Source: an uncultured Gammaproteobacteria bacterium (GTDB lineage Bacteria; Patescibacteriota; Microgenomatia; Levybacterales; UBA12049). From it: a stretch of DNA of 64,000 bases. Below the pieces are notes generated by a model that was given only the letters and a program-made list of their open reading frames with translations, ran no database searches and was not told the DNA's origin. Position numbers and translations under genes: made by a program. This document shows positions 20,463 through 29,088 of this stretch, piece after piece (positions within the stretch are counted from its first letter, which is position 1; the number at the start of each line of letters is the position of its first letter). The stretch covers positions 8,211 through 72,210 of the forward strand of contig CAZFNO010000001.1 of NCBI GenBank assembly GCA_964520695.1, given 5' to 3'.

Positions 20463-22322
20463 TCATTTTTTATGAAAGAGTTTCCTTTTTTTAAATATGA
20501 TAATAATCCAACTTCCAAGAGAAACACCGGACATTAATAATCCATAATGGAAAGGCGCTGAAGAGTAAATAAACTCGTATTTATGCTCTCCCGGCAATGA
20601 TTCAACTTCCAAAAATCTTCCCTTTAAAATTTCAATTCTTTCATCATCAACAAACGCCTTCCAGCCTGGATAATTAGTTTCCAATAAAATTAGATGACTC
20701 TTTTTGTTTGAATTTGCAATAACTGTTATTTTATTTGGCGTGAAATTAACTTTCTGCGAGTTTTTGTTTATTCTTGCAAACGGAAGCGCTCTTAAATCTC
20801 TATAAAGAAAAATATCATCTCTGAATTTTCTTAGCATTATAAGATTAGAACTTTTAGTACTAATATTTGAAATCAAAAAACCAGGTTTTATATCGTTATA
20901 TGGATTAAGTCCTTTGAAGTTGTATTTTTCTCCCAAACTTTCTTTAAGAAAAAGTCCATAGTTTGATTGAAGCAGAAGAATTTTGTTCGAATAAGCTTTA
21001 TCTTGAGGAATTTCGCCTTGGGACTGTTTATGAACAGTATAATAATTATCTTCATTATTATCTCGTATCCAATCTAAGACAGCACGGTATTCTTTATTAA
21101 TTTCTTCAAATTTTCTTGTAGAAAGAACATTTTGCGAAAATGTATAAACAATAAGGAGGTTTATCAACAGAAGTCCTATTGCAAATTTTTTATTTTTCCA
21201 TTTATCAATAAATACTCCCAAGGATACTAAAATAATTATTCCCCAATACATTAATATTCTACTTGGAACATGAAAGTATTGTAGGGGTTCAATAATTGAG
21301 ATTAGGTAATGGATTGGATTTAGAGGAGAGTCTGGAGTAGAGAGCAATATAAATAACACTGTAAGTATAATAAGAATTGAGGTTTTTTTGTTGTGTTTGT
21401 CAAAAAATGCTACTTTAAAAATAAAGAATAATCCAAGAATTGACAAAGGGCCGATGAAAGCCAAACTTTCCCACCATCCAAAACTTTCTTTAATTAAAGT
21501 ATCGGGAAACAAAAACTCAAATGGTAAGAATAAATTGAAAATTATGCTATAAATATCGAGTCCCCCTACAAACGGTTCCTTTATCTTTGAAATATGATCT
21601 TGGAGCTGTATCATGGGTAGAATTTTGATTGAGGAAAACGCAAGAAATAAGACAACCGCAAGTGCTAAATGAAAAGAAACTTTTCTATCTTTAAATAAAT
21701 AATATAGAAAAACTGCTCCTGCTAAATATAAAGAAAATAAAGCATTATAAATATCTCCTGAAAAAAAGATTAGAGATAGAGTTATTGCTGTTACTCCAGA
21801 CCATAAAATATTTTTAGTCTGTGCTGTTTTTACTAAGCAAAAAATAAATAATGGAAGAAATGCAAAAGATACCACCTTTTCTAAATGACCCGCAATAATT
21901 CTTGAAGCTAAATAAGCTCCACTTGCATAAGTTATTGAGATTATTACAGAGACCGTATTTGAAATTTTATAAAGCCTTGCAAGTAAAAACATAGAAATGC
22001 AGGCTATAAATACTGAAATAAAATACATTGCTTTTATTGCCAATTGATAAGGAAGAAGTAGTATAGGGATACTGATAATCGGGTTATATATGCCGTAAAG
22101 CGGATCTGCAACGCTTGGAATTCCTTGATTTATAAAAGGATTCCACTGCGGAAAAATACCATACTTGAGTATGGATTCTTTAAAGTGCAGAAGTGGTACA
22201 ATATTTCCATTGAGATCATTGTTAACAATAATATTGGGATCAAGAATAAATTGGATTAAAATAATAACACTTGAAATAAAAAAAAGGATATAAATGCTCG
22301 GCTTCATGAGTGAAACTACCAT
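20463..22322 (-). CDS. YfhO-like GT-C membrane glycosyltransferase
   Basis: ~13 TM helices, C-terminal 'LETNYPGWKAFVDDERIE' resembling the YfhO-family tail. Confidence 0.5.
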   Translation of the reverse strand: MVVSLMKPSIYILFFISSVIILIQFILDPNIIVNNDLNGNIVPLLHFKESILKYGIFPQWNPFINQGIPSVADPLYGIYNPIISIPILLLPYQLAIKAMYFISVFIACISMFLLARLYKISNTVSVIISITYASGAYLASRIIAGHLEKVVSFAFLPLFIFCLVKTAQTKNILWSGVTAITLSLIFFSGDIYNALFSLYLAGAVFLYYLFKDRKVSFHLALAVVLFLAFSSIKILPMIQLQDHISKIKEPFVGGLDIYSIIFNLFLPFEFLFPDTLIKESFGWWESLAFIGPLSILGLFFIFKVAFFDKHNKKTSILIILTVLFILLSTPDSPLNPIHYLISIIEPLQYFHVPSRILMYWGIIILVSLGVFIDKWKNKKFAIGLLLINLLIVYTFSQNVLSTRKFEEINKEYRAVLDWIRDNNEDNYYTVHKQSQGEIPQDKAYSNKILLLQSNYGLFLKESLGEKYNFKGLNPYNDIKPGFLISNISTKSSNLIMLRKFRDDIFLYRDLRALPFARINKNSQKVNFTPNKITVIANSNKKSHLILLETNYPGWKAFVDDERIEILKGRFLEVESLPGEHKYEFIYSSAPFHYGLLMSGVSLGSWIIIIFKKRKLFHKK

Positions 22323-22344
22323 TGTATTATAGCATTCGATAATT

Positions 22345-24405
22345 ATGAAATTATTTATTCGAAATCTCCCCTTGATAATGTTCTTACTTCTTGTGCTTTG
22401 GGTTTTTAAATCCTGGTTTTTGTCTCCAACTATTTCAGCAGGGGATTTTTGGTATTACTTTAGGTCAATGTTTGATAACTATCACCTTTATCCTTATGCA
22501 TGGTATACAGCTGGTATTTCAAATGGCATGGGATGGCAAGGTTTTGCCTATCAGAATGGCATGATTATATCTGCTGCCGCTGTTGGTTTTGCAAAACTTT
22601 TTAATTTAAGCTGGGAAAATTCATCAAGATTTATTTTTTATATACCATTTATATTTTTATCCTTCACATCATCTGCGTTTTTTATTAAAAAAGTCTTTCC
22701 CAAGAATAAGTTTTGGATTCTTTCTCCAATTATTTTTTCACTAAACACCTATGTTCTTATGACTATAGGAGGAGGCCAATTGCCAACCGCACTTTCCTAC
22801 GCCTTTATGCCGTTTACAATATTCTCTTTTATGAAACTTGCTGAAAAGGTAAGCTCAAAAAAAGCGGAAATTATTCAATATATAATTCTTTGCTCATTAC
22901 TCCTTGCTGTGCAAACGTTACTCGACTTGCGAATTGCATTTATAACTTCTATTGCAGTTTTAATTTATTTAGTATTTGAATTTTGGGATAAAGGTTTGAA
23001 AATCGGATTGAAAACTTTAATTTTCTACTCATTCTCTTTTATAATTCTGGCTCTCATTAATTCCTATTGGATTATTCCGGTTATCTTTTTTGGAATAAAT
23101 CCTATCGAACAGCTTGGAATCGCGTATAGCTCTTCAGGAATTGTTGAGTTCTTAGGTTTTGCAAGGTTTGAGAATTCTATCTCACTTCTTCATCCATACT
23201 GGCCTGAAAATATTTTTGGAAAAGTTGGGTTTATGAGGTGGGAGTTTTTGTTACTTCCAATAATAGCTTTCTCATCACTTTTATTTATCGGAAAAGACAG
23301 AAAAGAAACCAAATATATTTTATTTTTTGCGGTAATTGGGCTTTTAGGCATTTTTCTTGGAAAAGGAGCTAGTGAGCCTTTGGGAAATCTATATATTTGG
23401 GTGTTTGATAATATCCCCGGTTTTCAGCTTTTTCGCGATTCATTCAAATGGTACACGCTGATTATTATTTCTTACAGCATCCTAATTCCTTTTACTGCTT
23501 GGAATGTTTATAAATGGATAGAAAAATATAAACAATTTTCAATTCTTAATTTTAAATTTTCAATCAAATCTAAATATTTTAATTTTCAAAACGTATTTGC
23601 GGTTTTAGTTTTTGTTTACTTATTGTTTTTGATTCGGCCGGCAATACTGGGACAGATTGGGGGGACTTTTCAAGTTAGAGATGTACCCAAGTCATACATT
23701 CAATTAGACAATTTTTTATCTCAGGATGAAAGTTTTTTTAGGACTTTATGGATACCCAATACTATGCTTTTTGGGCACTACACAAATAATCATCCTCAAA
23801 TTTCCGCAAGAGATTATTTTAAGGATTATAATTTAGACTCTCTTTCGGCAACTGTTGCATCAGCCTCATCGCAGGACATACTCGATCTAGCCTCGGTAAA
23901 GTACGTAATTATTCCGGAAGACACTGAGTCTCAAATTTATTTAACGGACAGAAAATATGATGAGAGTAAATATCAATTTATTGTTGGTTCACTAGAGAAA
24001 GCTCAGTGGCTAGAGAAGATTGACCAGTTCGGGAAAGTTGTTGTTTACAAAGCTCCAAACTACAAAGATCATTTCTGGTGTGAATGTGATGCAAAAATAA
24101 GTTATGAATTTATAAATCCAACAAAATATATCGTAAAAATTAATAATGCAGAAAAAGGAGACAGATTGATTTTTTCAGAGAGCTTTGATGAAAAATGGGT
24201 TGCAAAAAAAGAAAATTTTGAGGTAAATTCTGAAGTATACGAAGGCAAATTTAACAGTTTCAGGTTGCCTGAGGGTGATTATGGGCTGGAAATTTATTAT
24301 TCTCCTCAAGATTTGGTTGATTTAGGAGTAAAAATAAGCGTTTTAACCCTGTTTACTACAATCATAATTCTTGCTTCCAGTTTGTTAATGAGGCGTAAAA
24401 AATGA
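22345..24405 (+). CDS. YfhO-like GT-C membrane glycosyltransferase
   Basis: Polytopic; 'GDFWYY' loop after TM1; C-terminal 'DEKWVAKKENFEV..GDYGLEIYY' plus a final TM as in YfhO proteins. Confidence 0.5.
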   Translation: MKLFIRNLPLIMFLLLVLWVFKSWFLSPTISAGDFWYYFRSMFDNYHLYPYAWYTAGISNGMGWQGFAYQNGMIISAAAVGFAKLFNLSWENSSRFIFYIPFIFLSFTSSAFFIKKVFPKNKFWILSPIIFSLNTYVLMTIGGGQLPTALSYAFMPFTIFSFMKLAEKVSSKKAEIIQYIILCSLLLAVQTLLDLRIAFITSIAVLIYLVFEFWDKGLKIGLKTLIFYSFSFIILALINSYWIIPVIFFGINPIEQLGIAYSSSGIVEFLGFARFENSISLLHPYWPENIFGKVGFMRWEFLLLPIIAFSSLLFIGKDRKETKYILFFAVIGLLGIFLGKGASEPLGNLYIWVFDNIPGFQLFRDSFKWYTLIIISYSILIPFTAWNVYKWIEKYKQFSILNFKFSIKSKYFNFQNVFAVLVFVYLLFLIRPAILGQIGGTFQVRDVPKSYIQLDNFLSQDESFFRTLWIPNTMLFGHYTNNHPQISARDYFKDYNLDSLSATVASASSQDILDLASVKYVIIPEDTESQIYLTDRKYDESKYQFIVGSLEKAQWLEKIDQFGKVVVYKAPNYKDHFWCECDAKISYEFINPTKYIVKINNAEKGDRLIFSESFDEKWVAKKENFEVNSEVYEGKFNSFRLPEGDYGLEIYYSPQDLVDLGVKISVLTLFTTIIILASSLLMRRKK

Positions 24406-24449
24406 TAAAATCACGTTGGATTTAAGTATTAAGACATAAGAGTTATCTT

Positions 24450-24476
24450 AATTCATAAATCATAAATCTTAAATCT
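24450..24476 (+). promoter_or_regulatory. Conserved 27-nt upstream element, copy 2 (AATTCATAAATCATAAATCTTAAATCT)
   Basis: Ends 7 nt before the ATG of the GtrB-like gene. Confidence 0.5.
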
Positions 24477-24483
24477 CTTAGCT

Positions 24484-25410
24484 ATGCTGAGTTTTGTTGT
24501 TCCGGTATTTGATGAAGAAGAGAGCCTTGGAGCTTTTTACAAAGAGCTAAAGAAACATGCAGAGGAGCTGGACTCTTCTCATGAAATAATTTTCATTGAT
24601 GATGGTTCCAGAGACAAAACTCTCGATTTGCTTAAAAATTTAGAAAAAAAAGACCCAAAAGTTAGAGTTTACTCTTTTAGAAGAAATCATGGTAAAGCAG
24701 AAGCGCTCACTTTTGGATTTCAAAAAACAAAAGGCGATTTGATAGTGACTTTGGATGCAGATCTTCAGGATAAGCCGTCGGAGATTAAAAAACTAATTGA
24801 AAAGCAAAAAGAGTATTTTGATGTGGTTTCCGGATGGAGAAAAAAACGAAAAGATTCTTTTGCTAAGGTTATTTTCTCTAAATCTTTTAATTTTGTAGCC
24901 CGAATTCTTTGGGGAATAAAGCTTCATGATTATAACTGCGGGCTAAAGATTTATACAAAAGATGTTGCAAAGGAGCTTAATCTTTATGGCGGAATGCATA
25001 GATTTATACCCCTTTTGGCATCAGATGCAGGGTTTAGGGTAACAGAAGTCGCCGTAGAGCACGATGTAAGACGCTATGGTGTGTCAAAGTACAGTGCATG
25101 GAAAGTTTTGACTCAAATGCCTGATATGATGTCTATGTTTTTTCTTTCCAAATTCGGGAAAAGACCACTTCATCTATTTGGTTTTGTAGGATTATTTTTA
25201 TTTCTCGTTGGAGTTCTAATTTCTTTATATCTCTCAATTGACTGGTTTTTGGGAGCGCCTATAGGGGGAAGGCCCTTATTTTTCCTGGGAATACTTTTAA
25301 TACTTGTTGGCGTTCAGATCTCACTAACAGGACTTATCGCAGATCTTATTCTTAATGTTGCTAATAGAAATCAATCGAATTCTATAAGCCTTAGATATTC
25401 ATCGAATTAG
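24484..25410 (+). CDS. Polyprenol-phosphate sugar synthase (GtrB/CsbB/DPM1-like GT2 with C-terminal TM pair)
   Basis: 'SFVVPVFDEEESL', 'IFIDDGSRD', 'LDADLQD'; two C-terminal TM helices. Confidence 0.8.
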   Translation: MLSFVVPVFDEEESLGAFYKELKKHAEELDSSHEIIFIDDGSRDKTLDLLKNLEKKDPKVRVYSFRRNHGKAEALTFGFQKTKGDLIVTLDADLQDKPSEIKKLIEKQKEYFDVVSGWRKKRKDSFAKVIFSKSFNFVARILWGIKLHDYNCGLKIYTKDVAKELNLYGGMHRFIPLLASDAGFRVTEVAVEHDVRRYGVSKYSAWKVLTQMPDMMSMFFLSKFGKRPLHLFGFVGLFLFLVGVLISLYLSIDWFLGAPIGGRPLFFLGILLILVGVQISLTGLIADLILNVANRNQSNSISLRYSSN

Positions 25411-25453
25411 TTATAAAGTATATTGCTATGTAGCACTGTACTTTAAGTCGAAA

Positions 25454-25672
25454 ATGAAGTTTCAAGATATTTTATTTATTATAGTTTTAATTCCTCTTTT
25501 GTACAAAAGAAATCCAAAACTTTTTGTCTGGGCAGGTTTAATTTCTCTTATTCTTTCAATGCCACTGTTTTACTTTTGGATATTCTTTACCGCCCAGCGT
25601 TTAGTTATTTATGCCTTTATATTATTCGCCACGGCAGTGGTTTTAAATTTAATAGTGCTCAGAAGGGGATAG
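25454..25672 (+). CDS. Small hydrophobic membrane protein (2-3 TM)
   Basis: 72-aa ORF, almost entirely hydrophobic; sits downstream of the GtrB-like gene. Confidence 0.3.
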   Translation: MKFQDILFIIVLIPLLYKRNPKLFVWAGLISLILSMPLFYFWIFFTAQRLVIYAFILFATAVVLNLIVLRRG

Positions 25673-25796
25673 GCTATCAAATAGATTTCCCTTATCACAC
25701 CTTGACCAATTTTTATTTTAAAACTATAACACTACGTCGTATCAAAGTTTTTTGAAAATACCGTGAGGGTTATACTTTTAGTTAAATTAGTAGAAG

Positions 25797-26396
25797 TTGA
25801 ATGCTGGAGGTCAAAAATTATACAATTGTAGGGTGAGGATTGGGATTGATATTAGTCAGCTTGCATTTGGGAGTGAAGGTGTGGCAAATTACCTTAGAAA
25901 TCTGGTTGAAAGCCTGGCGCTTGCTGATAAAAAAAACGATTACATCCTGTTTTACTCATCGCTTAGAAGACCTGTGCCTAGTCTTAAAATTAATAATCCA
26001 AAATTTAAAATCAAAGCTTATAAATTTCCTCCTACTTTTCTTGAAAGGCTTTGGAATAAATTCCACATTTTTCCTATTGAGAACTTTGTGGGTAGCGTTG
26101 ACTGGTTTATTACGTCTGACTGGACAGAACCTCCGGTCAAAAAGGCAAAGAAGGCAACAATTATTTACGATCTAATTGTCTATAAATATCCCGAAGAGAC
26201 CCATAATCTAGTGGAAATCAATTATTCTGGACTAAAAATTTCTCCAAATATTGTCGCGTCCCAGCAGGGAAAACTTAAATGGGTAAAAAAAGAGTCCGAT
26301 ATGATTTTTACAATATCCGAAGCTAGCAAGAAAGATATTGTTGATATTCTAGGTATAGATAGCTCAAAAATTAGGGTGATATATCCGGGAGTTTGA
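25797..26396 (+). pseudogene. Truncated GT4 glycosyltransferase (N-terminal Rossmann domain only)
   Basis: 'RIGIDISQLAFGSEG..KKNDYILF' matches N-termini of 26435 and 35825. Stops at 'KIRVIYPGV', exactly where the C-terminal domain begins in the paralogs. No ATG start, only TTG 25797 or GTG 25833. Confidence 0.5.
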
Positions 26397-26434
26397 AACT
26401 AAAACTATTATCTATTTATTAATTACTTTTTAAA

Positions 26435-27634
26435 ATGAATATTGGAATTAATGGGTTTGAGGCGGTGGTGCCACGTTTTGGATTTGATAAAAAAACTAAT
26501 CTTCCAATTCGAGTAGGAAGCGCAGAGTATGCATATCAGCTTTTGGCAGCTTTAAATAAAATTGATAAAAAAAATAATTATTTTGTTTATTTACCTGTAG
26601 ATCCAACTCCCGATATGCCTAAAGAGACAGAAAGCTGGGGATATATTGTTTTTTCCTCAAAAAAACTATGGACGCTTGCAGGCCTTTCAAAAAAGCTTGC
26701 AGAGGATAAAAATCGTCTTGATGTTTTTTTCTCTCCAACCCATTATCTTCCTATAACTAACAAAAAATCTGTAATCTCAATTCTGGACGTTTCTTACCTT
26801 AAGTTTCCGAAACTATTCAAAACAAAAGACCTTTATAAGCTCAAGATTTGGGGAAAGTTGTCGATTAAGAAAGCAAAAAAGATATTAACAATAAGCGAGG
26901 CTTCCAAGAGTGATATAATTAAATATTACGGATTAAAATCGGATAAGATAGAAGTTGTATATCCGGGAATTAAAAAAGCGTCAAGCGTTAAGGGGAAAGG
27001 GTTAAGTATGGAAGAATTAAAAAAGAAATTTGGAATAAAAGGAGACTATATACTTTTCGTCGGGACGCTTCAGCCGAGAAAAAATATTGTTCGTCTGATC
27101 GAGGCGTTTAGCATGGTCGTTCAGAAGTATTCTCCGAGCGATCCGCCAGCTGGCGGAGAATCGGGAAATCAGTTCTCGACAAGCTCGAACAATAATGAAT
27201 TACAGCTGGTTATAGTAGGGAAAAAAGGGTGGCAATATGAGCAGATTTTAGACGCTCCTTCAAAATTTAATGTTTCAGACCGCGTTTTGTTTCTTGAAAG
27301 TGTTTCGGACGGGGATCTGCCTGTGCTTTACAAACATGCAAAAATGTTTATCTTACCAAGTCTTTATGAAGGATTCGGTCTCCCGGTACTTGAGGCAATG
27401 CAATACGGATGTCCTGTTATAACAAGCAATGTTTCATCACTTCCTGAGGCAGGCGGAGATGCGGCTTTGTATGTAGATCCTGAAAATGTGAATGACATAA
27501 AAGAAAAAATGGGAAGACTTTTAAATGATGAAAAATTGAGAAAAGACTTGATTGAGAAAGGAAAACATCAAATTAAGAAGTTTTCTTGGGAAAAGTCAGC
27601 AAGACAAACTTTGAGAAATCTTGAAGAAATTTAG
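26435..27634 (+). CDS. Family-4 glycosyltransferase carrying an ~25-aa low-complexity insertion
   Basis: '[18 protein letters not shown]' EX7E motif; insertion '[25 protein letters not shown]' encoded by a GC-rich patch. Confidence 0.8.
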   Translation: MNIGINGFEAVVPRFGFDKKTNLPIRVGSAEYAYQLLAALNKIDKKNNYFVYLPVDPTPDMPKETESWGYIVFSSKKLWTLAGLSKKLAEDKNRLDVFFSPTHYLPITNKKSVISILDVSYLKFPKLFKTKDLYKLKIWGKLSIKKAKKILTISEASKSDIIKYYGLKSDKIEVVYPGIKKASSVKGKGLSMEELKKKFGIKGDYILFVGTLQPRKNIVRLIEAFSMVVQKYSPSDPPAGGESGNQFSTSSNNNELQLVIVGKKGWQYEQILDAPSKFNVSDRVLFLESVSDGDLPVLYKHAKMFILPSLYEGFGLPVLEAMQYGCPVITSNVSSLPEAGGDAALYVDPENVNDIKEKMGRLLNDEKLRKDLIEKGKHQIKKFSWEKSARQTLRNLEEI

Positions 27635-27661
27635 CTTTCCACCCTTGGGGTGGACTAGTGT

Positions 27662-28216
27662 ATGATAAAAAAAATAATAAGACGAATAAACACAATTATA
27701 ATTGAACTTGAAAACTGGATAATGCACGTGTCAGGATATGTTCCATCACACCACTTCAGACGGTTAATTTATAGACTGGGTGGCATGAAGATTGGAAGAG
27801 GTTCAACTATTCATACAGGATTAAGACTTTACAATGCAAAGAATATAAAAATCGGTCAGGACACAATTGTTGGTGAAGGAGCGGTTTTGGACGGGAGGGA
27901 TAGTTTGGTAATCGGTGATCATGTGGATATTGCAACGGATGTTATGATTTATAACTCAGAACATGATGTTTATGATTCGAGTTTCAAAGCAATATCAGCA
28001 CCAGTTGAGATTTCTGATTATGTTTTTATTGGGCCTAGGGCGATAATTCTTCCCGGAGTCAAGATAGGACGCGGCGCTGTTATCGGGGCAGGCGCAGTTG
28101 TAACAAAAGATGTTGAGGCATTCAAAATTGTCGGAGGAGTTCCTGCTAAAGAAATAGGGGAGCGACAAAACAAAAATCCCAACTATAAATTAGGACGTGC
28201 CGCTTGGTTTAGGTAA
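27662..28216 (+). CDS. Hexapeptide-repeat (LbH) acetyltransferase
   Basis: 'IGPRAIILPGVKIGRGAVIGAGAVVTKDV' hexapeptide repeats. Confidence 0.75.
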   Translation: MIKKIIRRINTIIIELENWIMHVSGYVPSHHFRRLIYRLGGMKIGRGSTIHTGLRLYNAKNIKIGQDTIVGEGAVLDGRDSLVIGDHVDIATDVMIYNSEHDVYDSSFKAISAPVEISDYVFIGPRAIILPGVKIGRGAVIGAGAVVTKDVEAFKIVGGVPAKEIGERQNKNPNYKLGRAAWFR

Positions 28217-28221
28217 ATTTT

Positions 28222-29088
28222 ATGCCAAAGGTTACAATTATTATTCTCACCTATAATTCAGCAGGTTTTATAAAAAAATTATTAGAAAGTATAAAAAGAC
28301 AGCATAAAGACCTTTCTGGTTTGGAGATAATTATCGTCGACAACGATTCTAACGACAAAACAATTGAAGAAGTCTTAAATGCAAAACTTCAAACTTCAGA
28401 CTTTAAATTAATAAGGAATAAAGAAAATGTTGGGTTTGCGAAGGGGATAAATATTGGAGCGGAAAAAGCAACAGGTGATTTTTTACTTTTTATAAATCCT
28501 GACACAGAATTTGAGAAAGGAGATATATGGAAAATGACTGAAGTTTTTGCAATTCATAAGGAGGTGGGAATAGTCGGCGGAAAACTTTTAAAGAATAACG
28601 GAAAAGTAGAGAAATCAGCCGGGAATTTTTTTGGTTTTTTTGAGACCATTATTATGGCATTTGGATTGGACGAGGTATTTGGTGTTCGAACAAGTCCTGA
28701 GAAACTAACAAAAGTAGGTTTTGTCAGCGGCGGTTTTCTGATGATTAAAAAAGACTTATTCGAAAAGCTTGGGGGTTTTGATGAAAACTTTTTTATGTAT
28801 ATTGAGGACATGGATCTTTGCAAAAGAGCAAAAGAGGAAGGTTTTAGCACTTACTTTACGCCTGATGTAGTTTTGGTACACGCATCACATGGTTCATCGA
28901 ATAGATCGTTTGCTATTGAAAATATTTATAAAAGCATAATTTATTATCACGAAAAACATTCAAACTCTATTGTTTATTTTTTGGTAAAAATGATTCTTAA
29001 GCTTAAAGCGTTTGTTCTTGTAATAATTGGCAGAATTATCAATAATAAATATCTAGTCAATTCGTATAGTAAGGCACTTAGTGTATGA
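28222..29088 (+). CDS. Family-2 glycosyltransferase
   Basis: 'KVTIIILTYNSAGFIKKLLESIKRQ', 'IIVDNDSND', 'NPDTE', 'EDMDLC'. Confidence 0.8.
   Translation: MPKVTIIILTYNSAGFIKKLLESIKRQHKDLSGLEIIIVDNDSNDKTIEEVLNAKLQTSDFKLIRNKENVGFAKGINIGAEKATGDFLLFINPDTEFEKGDIWKMTEVFAIHKEVGIVGGKLLKNNGKVEKSAGNFFGFFETIIMAFGLDEVFGVRTSPEKLTKVGFVSGGFLMIKKDLFEKLGGFDENFFMYIEDMDLCKRAKEEGFSTYFTPDVVLVHASHGSSNRSFAIENIYKSIIYYHEKHSNSIVYFLVKMILKLKAFVLVIIGRIINNKYLVNSYSKALSV

Noticed and set aside
27635-27661. Hairpin CCACCC-TTG-GGGTGG after the GT4 gene as a terminator
   Set aside because: It has a perfect 6-bp GC-rich stem but no following U-tract, and the next gene starts 10 nt later. It may be a weak attenuator or RNA-stability hairpin, not a confident terminator.
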